From: Candidatus Eiseniibacteriota bacterium
Lineage (GTDB): Bacteria; Eisenbacteria; RBG-16-71-46; CAVPCR01
Assembly (NCBI GenBank): GCA_963823555.1
Contig: CAWGMA010000001.1
Span: 1,056,001 to 1,120,000 of the forward strand
Direction: 5' to 3'
DNA: 64,000 nucleotides
Below, piece after piece: positions 31,829-43,169 of the stretch. Positions within the stretch are counted from its first letter, which is position 1. Each line of letters opens with the position of its first letter. A program made the translations under genes and the position numbers. The notes beneath the pieces are model-generated. The model was not told the origin of the DNA. It made no database searches and was given only the letters and a program-made list of their open reading frames with translations.

Positions 31829-34293
31829 GCGCGATCTCGCCCGCCGCCCGGATTCACTGCCGGCGATCCCGGCGGTGGGCCGCAACCGACTCGGGGCCCT
31901 GGAGATGGCCGGGGCCGGAGCGGTCACGCTCCTGGCCCTCGGCGTCTATCTGCGCACCATCTATCCCACCGTTCCGTTCTGGGATGCTGGTGAGTTCATC
32001 GCCACGAGCCGCATCCTCGGCATTCCGCATCAGCCGTCGACGCCGCTGTATGTCCTCATCGGCCGGCTCGCCACGCTCGTCCCGGCGGGCACCATCGCCT
32101 TCCGCGTCAACATGCTGTCGGCGCTCTCGACAGCGGCCACCGCGGTCTTTGCCTATCTTGCCGTGCTGCATCTCGTGGGACGCATGGGTCACGCTCGAGG
32201 CCCGGCCATCGTGGGCGGGCTCGTGGCCGGCATCCTCACCGCCTTCTCCCGCACGATCTGGTTCAATGCTCTAGAGGCCGAGGTCTACGCGCTCTCGGGG
32301 ATGATGGTGGCGATCTCGATCTGGGCCATTCTCTCCTGGGCCGATGGCCGAGAGGAGCGGCGCGACACACGGGTGCTGCTGGTCATCTTCTACCTCTTGA
32401 GTCTCTCCATCGGCATTCACCTCGGAACCTATCTCGTACTGCCGGGCTTGGTCGTTCTCGTCATCCTTGAGCGGCCGGCGGGCCTTCTCACCTCGCGGGA
32501 CCTCCTCGTGTGGCTCGTGGCCTTCCCCGTGGTGGGGCTCGTCCTCGTGGCCTTCGCCCGCAAGCTCGGGCTCGACGCCGGCGGCGATGCGTTTGCGCTC
32601 CTGGCCGCGGCGCTCCTCTGCCTCGCGGCGGTCGAGGATCGGAGGTTCGCGGGCGCCCTCATCGCCCTCTTCCTCTTGGGCGTGAGCGTGCACCTCTTTC
32701 TCCCCATTCGCTCCCGTCTCGGACCCATCATCAACGAGGGGCAACCGGACAACTGGCAGGCGTTCTGGGACACGCTGACCCGCGCCCAGTATCCGGCTCC
32801 CGATGTGATGGTGCGACGCGCCCCGCTCGACTTCCAGTTCGATCACATGTTCCTGCGCTACGTGCGGGAGCAGTGGCCCGTGATCCCGCGTGTCCTCGGC
32901 GGTCTCCTGTTTCCCCTCCTTGCTCTCGGCGGCGCCGTGGCCGAGGCGCGCCGGGACCGGCACGGCTTCTGGATGATGCTCGTCCTGGCCGTGGTCGCCG
33001 GACCCTTGATGGTGCTCTACCTCAACTTCACTGCCAACGAGGTCCGCGAGCGCGACTACTTCTTCACGCTCTTCTATCAGTTGACGGCGCTCTGGGCCGG
33101 GCTCGGAGCGGCGACAGTGGCGGCGATCGCGGCCGGGGGGGCGCGGCGAGCGATCTCGGGTCCGGTTCGTCTGGTGGTGGCCGGCGCGCTCCTTGTTCTT
33201 CTCGCCCTGGTTCCCCTTTCCCGCATGTGGTTCGAGCACGACCGCAGTCACGACTGGATCGCTCGCGATTACGCCTATAACCTGCTCGTGCCCTTGCCCC
33301 GAGATGCGGTCCTCCTCACCAACGGCGACAACGACACGTTCCCCCTGTGGTACCTCCAGGAGGTGGAGGACATCCGCAAGGATGTGCGCGTGGTGAACCT
33401 GAGCCTCCTCAACACGCCCTGGTACTTGAAGCAGATCCGCGACTACGAGCCGCAGGTGCCGCTGGGGCTCTCCGACGCGCAGATCGCCGCCCTCAGACCG
33501 ATCTATGACGAAGCCTCGAGGCGCGTCATCTACGTCAAGGACCTCGCCGTCCAGGCCATCCTGGCCGCCACGCCGCCCGAGCGACCGGTGTACCTGGCCG
33601 TCACCGTTCCCGATCTGATGGGTCTCGATGAACGTCTCACCATGGAGGGGCTGGCGCGCCGCATCCATCCCGGACCCACCGCCGTCCGCGTGGATGTCGA
33701 GACCTGCCGGCGCAATCTGGACGAGGTGTTCACGCCGCTCCGCGGCATCCTGACCCCGTCCGGCGAGACCGATACCTCGCTCTTCCGCGACGAGAACGAG
33801 ACCCGCCTCTTGCAGAACTACGCCGCGATCTCGTTCTACCTGGCGGTCGAGTACGACCGGCAGGGGAACCTCGAGGACGCGCTGGCGCAGTCCGAGCGGG
33901 CGCTCCAGATCAGCCCCGGCTTCTCCGGGAACCGCCTCTTCCTCGGCATTCTCATCGAGAAGACGGGGGATGTGGCGCGCGCGGAGGCGCACTACCGCGA
34001 GGCCCTGCGCTTCTATCCGGACGATGCGCGCTTCACCAACCGGCTCGGGCTCGTGCTGGCCGCCGGGGGCAAGATCGCCGAGGCCGTGCCGATGTTAAGG
34101 AGGGCGATGGTCCTGGGCGGGCCGGGGTACTTCGATCCCTACGCCGGTCTGTTCGAGATCTACTACCAGGTGGGGCACGTGGATTCGGCGGTGGCGGTTC
34201 TCGATGCCTGGCTGGATGGCCACCCCGAACGATGCCGAGGTGCGGGAGGTCCGCGACCGGGCGGCCCGCGGCGAAATGCCGCCGGGGATGTGA
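31818..34293 (+). CDS. DUF2723 (TMEM260-like) GT-C membrane protein with C-terminal TPRs; frameshift near 34230
   Basis: PTVPFWDAGEFIA...LGIPHQP.TPLY, WFNALEAEVY, ERDYFF, TNGDNDTFPLWY.Q.VE..R.DV.VVNLSLLNT.WY; TPR-like helices at the end. Confidence 0.88.
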
Positions 34294-34311
34294 GCCGAGG
34301 GGGAGGACTTG

Positions 34312-35292
34312 ATGGCAGAACGTGCTCTGGTCACGGGAGTGGCCGGGTTCATCGGTTCGCATCTCGCCGAGGCGCTGCTCGCCCGGGGCGATGAGGTCGT
34401 GGGCGTCGACTGCTTCACCGACTACTACGATCCGCGGCTCAAGGAACAGAACCTGGCAGCGATCCGCGATCATCCTCGCTTCCATCTGGTGCGTGCCGAT
34501 CTCAACGAGGTCGACCTCGAGGCGACCGCTGCCGACGTCGAAGTCGTCTACCATCAGGCCGCTCAGGCCGGTGTCCGCGCCAGCTGGGGGAGCGAGTTCA
34601 CGACCTATACCCGCCAGAACGTGGATGCCACGCAGCGTCTGCTCGAGTTCTTCCGGCCGCGGTCGCTCAGGCGCTTTGTCTACGCCTCCTCGTCGTCGGT
34701 GTACGGCGAGACGACCGAGCTGCCGATGCGCGAGGACGCGCCGACGCGTCCCTATTCTCCCTACGGCGTGACCAAGCTCGCGGGCGAGCATCTGGTTCGT
34801 CTCTACCACCGCAACTTCGGGTTGCCTGCCGTGGCGCTGCGCTACTTCACGGTCTACGGCCCGCGCCAGCGGCCCGACATGGCATTTCACCGTTTCATCA
34901 ACGCGCTGCTCGTTCGGAATCCCATCCAGGTCTACGGGGATGGGATGCAGACCCGCGACTTCACCTACATCTCGGATGCGGTGGCGGCCAACCTCGCCGC
35001 CGCCGAGCGCGGGGCTCCCGGCGGGGTCTACAACATCGGCGGTGGATCACGGGTGACGGTGCGGGAGTGCCTCGATCTCGTGCTCGGTCTCGTCGGCCAG
35101 GGAGAGGTGCGCTACGTCCCGCGGCAGCACGGAGACGTGACGCATACCTATGCCGACACCGGGAGGGCGCGGGAGGAGCTGGGATTCAGGCCCGAGGTCT
35201 CCCTGGCTGCCGGGCTCGAGCGCCAGGTCGAGTGGCAGCGGGGGCTCATGGGTGGGGTGCGGGCGGGAGCCGGGCCGGGCGAGGCAGGGTAG
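34312..35292 (+). CDS. NAD-dependent NDP-sugar epimerase/dehydratase (UDP-GlcA/Glc 4-epimerase-like)
   Basis: TGVAGFIGSH, HQAAQAGVR, ASSSSVYG, YGVTK, RYFTVYGPRQRPDM, QTRDFTY. Confidence 0.92.
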   Translation: MAERALVTGVAGFIGSHLAEALLARGDEVVGVDCFTDYYDPRLKEQNLAAIRDHPRFHLVRADLNEVDLEATAADVEVVYHQAAQAGVRASWGSEFTTYTRQNVDATQRLLEFFRPRSLRRFVYASSSSVYGETTELPMREDAPTRPYSPYGVTKLAGEHLVRLYHRNFGLPAVALRYFTVYGPRQRPDMAFHRFINALLVRNPIQVYGDGMQTRDFTYISDAVAANLAAAERGAPGGVYNIGGGSRVTVRECLDLVLGLVGQGEVRYVPRQHGDVTHTYADTGRAREELGFRPEVSLAAGLERQVEWQRGLMGGVRAGAGPGEAG

Positions 35293-35388
35293 GGTCGCCT
35301 TGGAACTCGCGAACGCGCCCGGGGTGCCCTGGGGAGCCTCGAGGCCGATCTCCGCCCAGGGAGCACCCTTTGGGTTATGCTACGGGCG

Positions 35389-36369
35389 ATGACGATCGAC
35401 TTGAGGGAAAAGGAGATCCCGCGGCGAGAGCCCGCCGCGGCCGAGCCGCGCGGCGTGAGCGTCGTGGTTCCCGTCTACAACGAGGCCGATTCTGTGCAGC
35501 CGCTGGCCTCGAGGATGGCCACGGTCCTCGCCGAGCTGGGGGTTCCCTACGAGATCCTGTTCATCGACGATGGCTCGACGGACGGGACCTTCGCCGAGAT
35601 CATCAGCGCTCGCGCCACGAACCCCGCCATCCGCGCCATCCGCTTCCGCCGCAATTTCGGCAAGTCCGCCGCCCTGGCCGCCGCCTTTCGCGAGGTGCGC
35701 GGCGATCTGATCGTGACCATCGATGGCGACCTGCAGGACGAGCCGGCCGAGATCCCGGAGCTCCTGCGCAAGCTCGATGAGGGCTACGACCTCGTCTCCG
35801 GCTGGAAACAGAAGCGCCGGGATCCCCTGTCGAAGCGCCTGCCATCCAAGCTCTACAATCTCGTAACTCGCCGCATTTCAGGGCTTTCCATCCACGATTT
35901 CAACTGTGGTCTCAAGGCCTACCGGCGCCACGTGGTGGAGGCCATCGAGATCTACGGCGAGCTGCATCGTTACATCCCCGCGCTCGCCCACTGGGCCGGC
36001 TTCCGGGTGACGGAGGTGCCTGTTCTCCACCATCCGCGCCAGCACGGGAGGAGCAAGTTCGGGAGCTCGCGCTACCTGAACGGGCTCCTCGATCTCCTGG
36101 GCGTCATGTTCCTGAACTCGAGCGAGCGCAGTCCGCTCCATCTCTTCGGCCGGCTCGGGATCTTCACCGGCCTCGCTGGATTCCTGATCTGCCTCGTCTT
36201 CCTCATCGAGTGGATCGGTGGCAGCCCGCTCCGGGTGCGGCCGCTCATGCTGTTCGGCGTCGCCCTGATCCTCCTCGGCGTGCAGTTCGTGAGCATGGGC
36301 TTTCTCGGCGAGCTCATAGCCAAGGAGCGCGGCGCCCGTCCATATCCCATCCGAGAACGACTGGGTTAG
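35389..36369 (+). CDS. GT2, ArnC/GtrB-like undecaprenyl-phosphate glycosyltransferase
   Basis: VVPVYNE, DDGSTD, RRNFGKSAAL, DGDLQDEP, DFNCGLKAY, GELHRYIP; two C-terminal TM helices. Confidence 0.88.
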   Translation: MTIDLREKEIPRREPAAAEPRGVSVVVPVYNEADSVQPLASRMATVLAELGVPYEILFIDDGSTDGTFAEIISARATNPAIRAIRFRRNFGKSAALAAAFREVRGDLIVTIDGDLQDEPAEIPELLRKLDEGYDLVSGWKQKRRDPLSKRLPSKLYNLVTRRISGLSIHDFNCGLKAYRRHVVEAIEIYGELHRYIPALAHWAGFRVTEVPVLHHPRQHGRSKFGSSRYLNGLLDLLGVMFLNSSERSPLHLFGRLGIFTGLAGFLICLVFLIEWIGGSPLRVRPLMLFGVALILLGVQFVSMGFLGELIAKERGARPYPIRERLG

Positions 36370-36375
36370 GGGACG

Positions 36376-37278
36376 ATGGATGCCCCCCGAGTGCTGGTCA
36401 TCGTCGTCCACTGGAACGGATTCGCGGTGAGCGAGCGCTGTGTGGCCTCGCTCCAGGCGCTGACCTACCCGGCCGTCGATCTCCTCGTGATCGACAACGC
36501 GTCGATCGATGGATCAGGGGAGGCGCTGGCGGCGCGCTTTCCCGACGTCGAGATCCTGCGCCTGACCGAGAACCGCCTCTATGCCGGCGGGGCCAATCGC
36601 GGGCTCGAGCGCGCCCTGGCCGCGGGTTACGCTCACGCCGTGGTCCTCAACAATGACACCGAAGCCGAGCCCGACCTGATCGAGCGTCTGGTCGAGGTGG
36701 CGGAGTCCGATCGCCGCATCGCCTTCGTCGGCCCCAAGATCCTCTACCTGGACCGGCCCGATCTCATCTGGTCGGCCGGGGGGAGGATCGACTACTGGCG
36801 CGGGCTCTTCCAGCATCACGGGCTCAGGCAGCCGGATGGCCCCCGTTTCGATGCCGTGCGCGACGTCGATTATCTGACCGGCTGCTGCATCCTGGCCACG
36901 CGCCGCGCCCTCGTCGAGGTCGGCACCCTCGACGAGAGCTATGTCATGTACTCCGAGGATGCGGACTGGTGCCGGCGTGCCCAGCGGCTCGGATTCCGTG
37001 TCGTGTATGCGCCGCGCGCGCGGCTCAAGCACGCCGTCTCCGCGGCCTCGGGCGGTGGGCTCACGCCCTACAAGATGTACCACCGCGTCCACTCGAACCT
37101 CCTGTTCTTCTGGCGTCACGCCCGCCCCTGGCACTGGCTCACCATTCCCATTCTGCTGCCGCTCGCCTTCCTCGGCTTCGCCGGCCGCGAGGTTGCGCGC
37201 GGCAACTTCGCGGTCTTGAAGGCGGCGTTCCGGGCCCTCGGCGAGGTCTTTCGCCGATCCCCGCGCCGGACCACCTGA
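36376..37278 (+). CDS. Glycosyltransferase family 2 (WbbL-like)
   Basis: VVHWNG, DNASID, LNND, TGCC, MYSEDADWC.R. Confidence 0.88.
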   Translation: MDAPRVLVIVVHWNGFAVSERCVASLQALTYPAVDLLVIDNASIDGSGEALAARFPDVEILRLTENRLYAGGANRGLERALAAGYAHAVVLNNDTEAEPDLIERLVEVAESDRRIAFVGPKILYLDRPDLIWSAGGRIDYWRGLFQHHGLRQPDGPRFDAVRDVDYLTGCCILATRRALVEVGTLDESYVMYSEDADWCRRAQRLGFRVVYAPRARLKHAVSAASGGGLTPYKMYHRVHSNLLFFWRHARPWHWLTIPILLPLAFLGFAGREVARGNFAVLKAAFRALGEVFRRSPRRTT

Positions 37279-37297
37279 GGCGTGGAGGAAGCCCGAG

Positions 37298-38341
37298 GTG
37301 CGCGTGCTCCACATCGCGGCCGAGATCGCCGGACAACCGGCCTTGCTTTGCCGCGGGCTGCGCGCGCTCGGCGTCGATGCCCGGTCGCTGTCGTTGCATC
37401 CGTCCTGGCTCGGATATGAGAGCGACATCGCGATCGACGGCCGAGGCGGGGCCGGCTTCTTCCGCCGCGTGGCCGCCCTCGCCCGGCACGGCCGGGGTCT
37501 CGACATCGTGCACATCCACTTCGGCACGACCTTTCTGCCGCGGCTCCTGGATGTGCCTCTCCTCGCCCTGGCCGGGGCCCGACTCGTCTTCCACTTTCAT
37601 GGTTGTGAAGTGCGGCCCCGGGCGGCGATGCTCGAGCGCCATGCGCTTTCCGCGTGCAGCGAATGCCCGGTGTACTGCGTGCCCGAGAAGCAGGCACGGC
37701 TCCTCGAGATCGCCCGCCGCCACGGAGCGCTCTTGATCGTCTCGACGCCCGATCTCCTCGAGGCCGTTCCCGAAGCCGAGCATCTCCCGGTCGCGATCGA
37801 TCTGGAGGATTGGATCGAGCTCGGCAAGCGCGTCGCGGCGGCCCCGGGCTTCGTGGTCCTGCATGCGCCGAGCGACCCTGCCATCAAGGGCACGCCGCAC
37901 GTCGAAGCCGCGCTCCGGGAGGTGGCCGCCGCGCATCCCGACGTCCGGCTCGAGCTGGTCGAGGGAGAACCGGCGGCGAAGGCGCGGCTGCGCTATGCCC
38001 CGGCCACGGTCGCCGTGGACCAGCTGCATCTCGGCTGGTACGGGCTCTTCGCCGTCGAGGCGATGGCCCTCGAGAAGCCGGTGCTGGTCTACATCCGGCC
38101 CGACCTCGATCGGCCCGAGCTCCCGGTCGTGCGCACGACCCGCGAACGTCTGGCCGCGGATCTCGCCCTGCTCCATGGCGATCGCCGGCGGGTCGACGAG
38201 CTCGGCGCGGCCGGCCGCTCCTACGTGGCCCGAGTGCACGATCTCAAGGCCGTGAGCCGTCGGCTCCTCGACCTCTATCGGGGTCGCGTCATGCGCTCCT
38301 CCGGGGTCGAGGCCGTCCGCAGCGCCGCTGGAGGTGCCTGA
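37298..38341 (+). CDS. GT-B (GT4-like) glycosyltransferase with Cys-rich insert
   Basis: VHIHFG, HFHGCE, HAPS...KGT, VDQL..GWYG..AVEAMAL.KPV. Confidence 0.8.
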   Translation: MRVLHIAAEIAGQPALLCRGLRALGVDARSLSLHPSWLGYESDIAIDGRGGAGFFRRVAALARHGRGLDIVHIHFGTTFLPRLLDVPLLALAGARLVFHFHGCEVRPRAAMLERHALSACSECPVYCVPEKQARLLEIARRHGALLIVSTPDLLEAVPEAEHLPVAIDLEDWIELGKRVAAAPGFVVLHAPSDPAIKGTPHVEAALREVAAAHPDVRLELVEGEPAAKARLRYAPATVAVDQLHLGWYGLFAVEAMALEKPVLVYIRPDLDRPELPVVRTTRERLAADLALLHGDRRRVDELGAAGRSYVARVHDLKAVSRRLLDLYRGRVMRSSGVEAVRSAAGGA

Positions 38342-39921
38342 TGGGAGTGGGGACCGACCTCCCGGCGCCGGGTCCGGGCGGGCCCGAGGGCGACAGCACG
38401 CCATCGGTGGCGCGGCGGGTGAAGGGCCTCACCAAGGACTCGATGGTCTACGGCCTCGGCATGGCCGGCCAGAAGCTGATCGGTCTCATCCTGCTCCCCA
38501 TCCTGACGCGGATCTTCGAGCCGGCCGAGTACGGCGCCAGCGAGCTCATCGGTCTCCTGCAACTCCTCATCACGTACTTCGTGGTCTTCGGCAACGATGC
38601 CGCTCTCCTGCGCTACATCTTCGACACGGATTCCGAGATGGATCGGCGGCGAATCGCCGCTCTCGGCCTCTCGTTCCGCGCGATCATGGCCGTCCTGTTC
38701 ACGCTCCTGCTCTTGCCCATGGCCGGCAACTTCTCCCAGCTCATCTTTCGCAACCTCGACTACAGCTCGCTCATCGTTCTCACACTCCTGGATCTACCCT
38801 TCACGACGACGGTCAAGTTCTGTATCGATCTGTTGCGGGTGCGCCTGCGCCCCGGCCAGTTCGTCGCCTACTCGCTCGGCAACCTGGCCGCCATCGCCAT
38901 TCTCACCCTGGTCTTCACGCCGGATGTGCTCCATGTCGAGCTGCCGCTCGTGGGTGCGGAGGTCGTGCTGCACGGGCAGGGGATGGGGCTCACCGGACTG
39001 TTCCTGGCCCGACTCGTTGCCGACGTGATCTTCACGGTCATCGGCCTGATCTGGACCTGGAAGGACCTGAGCCTTCCCAAGTCCCTTGGCGTGCTCGGCG
39101 ACATGCTGCGCTACGGGTTGCCTCTGGTGCCGGTCGGCCTCGCGCAGTTCGTGCTCGCCTACGCCGATCGTTATGTGCTCAACCGCTACGTGTCGCTCGA
39201 TCAGGTGGGGCCCTACTCGGTCGGGGCCAAGGTCGCCTCGTTCATGATGCTGTTCGTCGCGGCATTCCAGTACGCCTGGGGACCGTTTGCCATCTCCATC
39301 TTCCGCGAGGCCAACGCACGCCAGACCTATGCCAAGGTCTTCTCGCTCTACGCTTTCGTTGCCGGCGCGATCGGGCTCGTGCTGACCTGTCTGGCGCGCG
39401 AGTTCCTGGCCTTCATCACTACGGGCCACTACGTGCACGGTTATCGTATGGCGGGCTTCCTCGTCTTCGCCGCCATGGCCAACGGCGCCTTTTTCATTCC
39501 GGCGACCGGGTTGCAGATCGCCAAGCGCACGGGCGTGATGGGCGGGATCGCGGTGTTCGCCGCCATTCTCAACGTGGCGCTCAGCCTCCTCCTGGTGCGC
39601 CCCCTCGACGTCTACGGGGTGGCCACCGCCAGCCTGGTCGCGCAGACCGTGGCCACCGTCGTGCTGTTCGCCGTCGCCCAGCGTATCTATCCGGTGCCCT
39701 TCCATCCCGGGCGGGTGGCCCTCACGTTCTTCATGGCCATCAGCCTGGCGGCGGCGGGCATCTACTTCGGGCGAACCGGGGCGGGTGCTGCGCTCATCTC
39801 CACCCTGGTTGCTCTCGGCCTGTACGTGGTCGGGACCCTGGGGCTCAAGGTCATCGACATGCAAGATTTGACGATCTTGCGCAACTACCTGCAGAAGAAG
39901 ACCGCCACCTGGAGAGGCTAG
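38341..39921 (+). CDS. Oligosaccharide flippase (Wzx / polysaccharide biosynthesis protein)
   Basis: >12 hydrophobic segments; LTKDSMVYG, LLPILTR....EYG, LRYGLPL, DRYVL.....DQVG.YS. Confidence 0.85.
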   Translation: MGVGTDLPAPGPGGPEGDSTPSVARRVKGLTKDSMVYGLGMAGQKLIGLILLPILTRIFEPAEYGASELIGLLQLLITYFVVFGNDAALLRYIFDTDSEMDRRRIAALGLSFRAIMAVLFTLLLLPMAGNFSQLIFRNLDYSSLIVLTLLDLPFTTTVKFCIDLLRVRLRPGQFVAYSLGNLAAIAILTLVFTPDVLHVELPLVGAEVVLHGQGMGLTGLFLARLVADVIFTVIGLIWTWKDLSLPKSLGVLGDMLRYGLPLVPVGLAQFVLAYADRYVLNRYVSLDQVGPYSVGAKVASFMMLFVAAFQYAWGPFAISIFREANARQTYAKVFSLYAFVAGAIGLVLTCLAREFLAFITTGHYVHGYRMAGFLVFAAMANGAFFIPATGLQIAKRTGVMGGIAVFAAILNVALSLLLVRPLDVYGVATASLVAQTVATVVLFAVAQRIYPVPFHPGRVALTFFMAISLAAAGIYFGRTGAGAALISTLVALGLYVVGTLGLKVIDMQDLTILRNYLQKKTATWRG

Positions 39922-39927
39922 GAGCGA

Positions 39928-41964
39928 ATGTGCGGGATTGCCGGCATCTTCCGTCTCGATGGCGCTCCGGTCCCGGTGGCCCGGGTCGAGCGCATGGCGG
40001 CGGCGATGCGCCACCGCGGACCCGATGACGAGGGGTTCGTGGCCCTCGACCCCGCTGGTGTCGAGCCCGCCATCGTCCGGGCCGGCTCGCGGACGGCGGC
40101 CGGAGTTCCCGGCGCGCCCTACCCGTGGTGCCCGCCGGCCTCTCCTGATCCGCATCCCCCGGCGCGCCCGCTCGTGCTCGGCCAGGTCCGGCTGGCCATC
40201 ATCGATCTCTCCCCCGGCGGCCATCAGCCACTGTCGAGCGCCGACGGGGCGATCTGGGTGACGTTCGGCGGGGAGATCTTCAACTACATCGAGCTCCGGC
40301 AGGAGCTCCGCGCCCGCGGGTACGAGTTCCGGTCGGCCACGGATACCGAGGTGCTCGTTCACGGCTGGGCCGAGTGGGGCGAGGGGCTCTTCTCCCGCTT
40401 GAACGGCATGTGGGCGATCGCGCTGTGGGACGCGCGGCAGCGCCGGCTGGTGGTGAGCCGCGATCGGCTGGGCATCAAGCCCTTCTACTACCGTCACGAC
40501 GGGAAGGAGTTCGCGTTCGCCTCCGAGCTCCATGGCCTGCTCGCGATCGCGTCGGCGGAGCCCGATCCCCGGGCCGTGAGCCTTCTCGTCGCCGCCGGTC
40601 GCGTGGACACGGGGGAGGAAACGTTCTTCACCGGCATCCGGAGCTTGCCGGCGGCGCACCACGCGCGCATCGAGCGCGACGGGGTCCACCCCACTCGCTT
40701 CTGGGATCTGCCGGCCGGGCCTGAGGCATCCGCTCGTGAAGTGAGCGCCGCTCACGGCGCCGACCTGAGGCCGGTCGCCGCCGAACTTCGCGACCTCGTC
40801 ACCGATGCGGTGCGCCTCCGCCTGCGCAGCGACGTGCCGGTCGGGACCTGCCTCTCCGGGGGGATCGACTCCTCCTCGATCGTGGCCATCGGCACGAGCT
40901 TGCTCGGGGCATCGATGGACGCCTACTCGGTAGCCTACGACGAGGGCGTCGAGTTCGACGAGCGTTCACACATGCGTGTGGTCGTGACCGCCACCGGGGC
41001 CCGTCACCATCTCGTCGTGCCGCGCGGGGAGAATCTCCTCGCCGATCTTCTCGAGGTCTCGCGCATTCAGGAGGAGCCGACCGCCGGGCCCGGTGTCTAC
41101 TCCCAGTGGCACGTGATGCGTCTTGCCGGGCAGAACGGGGCCAAGGTGCTGCTCGACGGGCAGGGGGCCGACGAGCTGTTCGGCGGCTACTTCGCCTTCT
41201 ACTATCCGCTGCGCCTGCGCGATCTGATCGTGCGGGGAGAGATCCGGGCCGCCAGCGCCCTGGCGCGGGCCGCGGTGCGCCGCGGTCACTCGCCGCTCGA
41301 GGTGGCGGCGCGCGCCGCGGAACCGTGGATCCCCGCCGCCGTCTTCCGCCGCGGCCGGGAATGGCTCGGAGCGGGCGACTGGGCCCGTGTCCTCACGCCG
41401 GAGCTCGGGGGCATGGCCCGCGCGGAGTCCGCGCGCACGCGGCACGCCGCCGGATGGACCGGGGATCCCATGACCGCACGCATGGCCGCCGATGTGCGGA
41501 GTCTCCTCCTGCCATCGCTCCTGCGCTACGAGGACCGCAACTCGATGGCCTTCTCGATCGAGGCCCGCGTGCCGTTCCTCGACTATCGCGTCGTCGAGCG
41601 CGCCTTCACGCTCGGTCCAGAGGCGAAGCTCACCGGCGCCATCACCAAGGTCGTGCTGCGCGAGGCGATGCGCGGTATCGCCCCCGCGGACATCCTGGCG
41701 CGAACCGACAAGCGGGGGTTCGAAACCCCGGTCGTGCGCTGGCTTGCCGCCCGTCACGGCGCCGTGCTCAGGGAAATGCTGGTATCGGGTCGCGCTGTCG
41801 AGCGCGGGTTCCTGCGCCGGCGCGGCGTGGCGGCGGTGGTGGACGAGCTCTTGCGTCGACCGCGCGGCCCGGGCCACGACGTGTGGCGGCTCTTGTCGCT
41901 CGAGGCGTGGCTGCGCACCGCCTTCGATCCCGGAGGTTTCGCGCGAGGGAGCGAACTCGGATGA
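39928..41964 (+). CDS. asnB: Asparagine synthase-like glutamine amidotransferase (polysaccharide amidation, WbpS-like)
   Basis: MCGIAG, HRGPDD, RLAIID, GEIFNY, RDRLGIKP, CLSGGIDSS, LDGQGADELFGGY, DRNSMAFSIEARVPFLD. Confidence 0.92.
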   Translation: MCGIAGIFRLDGAPVPVARVERMAAAMRHRGPDDEGFVALDPAGVEPAIVRAGSRTAAGVPGAPYPWCPPASPDPHPPARPLVLGQVRLAIIDLSPGGHQPLSSADGAIWVTFGGEIFNYIELRQELRARGYEFRSATDTEVLVHGWAEWGEGLFSRLNGMWAIALWDARQRRLVVSRDRLGIKPFYYRHDGKEFAFASELHGLLAIASAEPDPRAVSLLVAAGRVDTGEETFFTGIRSLPAAHHARIERDGVHPTRFWDLPAGPEASAREVSAAHGADLRPVAAELRDLVTDAVRLRLRSDVPVGTCLSGGIDSSSIVAIGTSLLGASMDAYSVAYDEGVEFDERSHMRVVVTATGARHHLVVPRGENLLADLLEVSRIQEEPTAGPGVYSQWHVMRLAGQNGAKVLLDGQGADELFGGYFAFYYPLRLRDLIVRGEIRAASALARAAVRRGHSPLEVAARAAEPWIPAAVFRRGREWLGAGDWARVLTPELGGMARAESARTRHAAGWTGDPMTARMAADVRSLLLPSLLRYEDRNSMAFSIEARVPFLDYRVVERAFTLGPEAKLTGAITKVVLREAMRGIAPADILARTDKRGFETPVVRWLAARHGAVLREMLVSGRAVERGFLRRRGVAAVVDELLRRPRGPGHDVWRLLSLEAWLRTAFDPGGFARGSELG

Positions 41965-43169
41965 CCGTTTCCCCGCGCATGCAGGTCGTCGTCTTCTCCG
42001 AGGTCAAGTGGCGTTACATGCGCACGCGAAAGCGCTTCCTCCTGGCGCGCTTTCCCGCCGACTGGCCGATTCTCTTCCTCGAGCCCATGAACCGCACCGA
42101 CCCGAACCATCTCAAGCCGGTGCGCGAAGGCCGGGTGACCGTGGTCTCGCTTCCCGTCCTCAAGGCCAAGACGACGTTCACGGTGGTGAATGCTCTGCTC
42201 GGTCGCGTCGCGGTGCGCGCCGCGATCACGCGCGGCGTGGCGTGGTGGGTACAGCGAATCCTCGCGACCCGCACCGAGCCGGGGCTGCCGCGGCTCTTCT
42301 ATCTCTCGAACGTGCTCTTCACGCCGATCGCCGAGCGGCTCCCCCACGACCTCTTCCTCTACGATGCCAACGACGACCCCCTGGGGTTCCCGGGGACCCC
42401 CGGTTGGATGGAGTCCTATCTCGACCGCACGATCGACCGGGCGGACCTTGTGGTATCGTGCTCGACCGCGCTGGCCTCACGGCTCCGGGCCCGCGGGGCG
42501 CGCGACGTGCGCGTCATCGGAAACGGAGCGGAGGTCGAGCATTTTGCGGCCGCGGTCGATCCCGAGCGGGTGCCGCCGGCGGTGCGTTCCCTGCCGCGGC
42601 CGCGGATCGGATATGCAGGAGCGATTGCCGAGTGGTTCGACTTCGAGCTGATCGGGGATGTGGCGCGAGCCCATCCCGCGACCCCGATCCTCCTCGTCGG
42701 TCCGGTGGCCGCCCCGGTGGCCGCGGCGGCGGCGGATCTCGCGCGCCGTTACCCCAATGTGCGCTTCCTGGGTCGGGTGCCCTACGAGGATCTGCCCCAC
42801 ATGGTCGCCGCGTTCGACATCGCGCTCATCCCCTTCCGGGTCGGTCCGGCCACCGACGTCTTGAATCCCAACAAGCTCTACGAATACCTGGCCGCGGGCC
42901 GCACGGTGGTGAGCCTCGCCTACTCGCCGGACATGGAGGCGTTCGCGCCGTGGATCGAGCTCGCTCACGACCGGCGCGAGTTCGTGACCCTGGTAGGGAA
43001 GGCGCTGGCCGCTCCGCGCGATGCCGCAGGGCTCCGGGCCGTGGCCTTCGAGAACAGCTGGGATGCCCGCGCGCGCGAGCTGCTCGCGCTGGTGGACTCG
43101 GCGCGCACGGATGCGAGCCGGGTCGAGCCGCCCAAGACAGGGGAGGATGGCGTGCATGACGAGCGCTAG
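41961..43169 (+). CDS. GT-B glycosyltransferase (TuaH/GumK-like, GT4)
   Basis: YDANDD, IGNG.E..HF, IGYAGAIAEWFD, DIALIPF, NPNKLYEYLAAG. Confidence 0.85.
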   Translation: MTVSPRMQVVVFSEVKWRYMRTRKRFLLARFPADWPILFLEPMNRTDPNHLKPVREGRVTVVSLPVLKAKTTFTVVNALLGRVAVRAAITRGVAWWVQRILATRTEPGLPRLFYLSNVLFTPIAERLPHDLFLYDANDDPLGFPGTPGWMESYLDRTIDRADLVVSCSTALASRLRARGARDVRVIGNGAEVEHFAAAVDPERVPPAVRSLPRPRIGYAGAIAEWFDFELIGDVARAHPATPILLVGPVAAPVAAAAADLARRYPNVRFLGRVPYEDLPHMVAAFDIALIPFRVGPATDVLNPNKLYEYLAAGRTVVSLAYSPDMEAFAPWIELAHDRREFVTLVGKALAAPRDAAGLRAVAFENSWDARARELLALVDSARTDASRVEPPKTGEDGVHDER

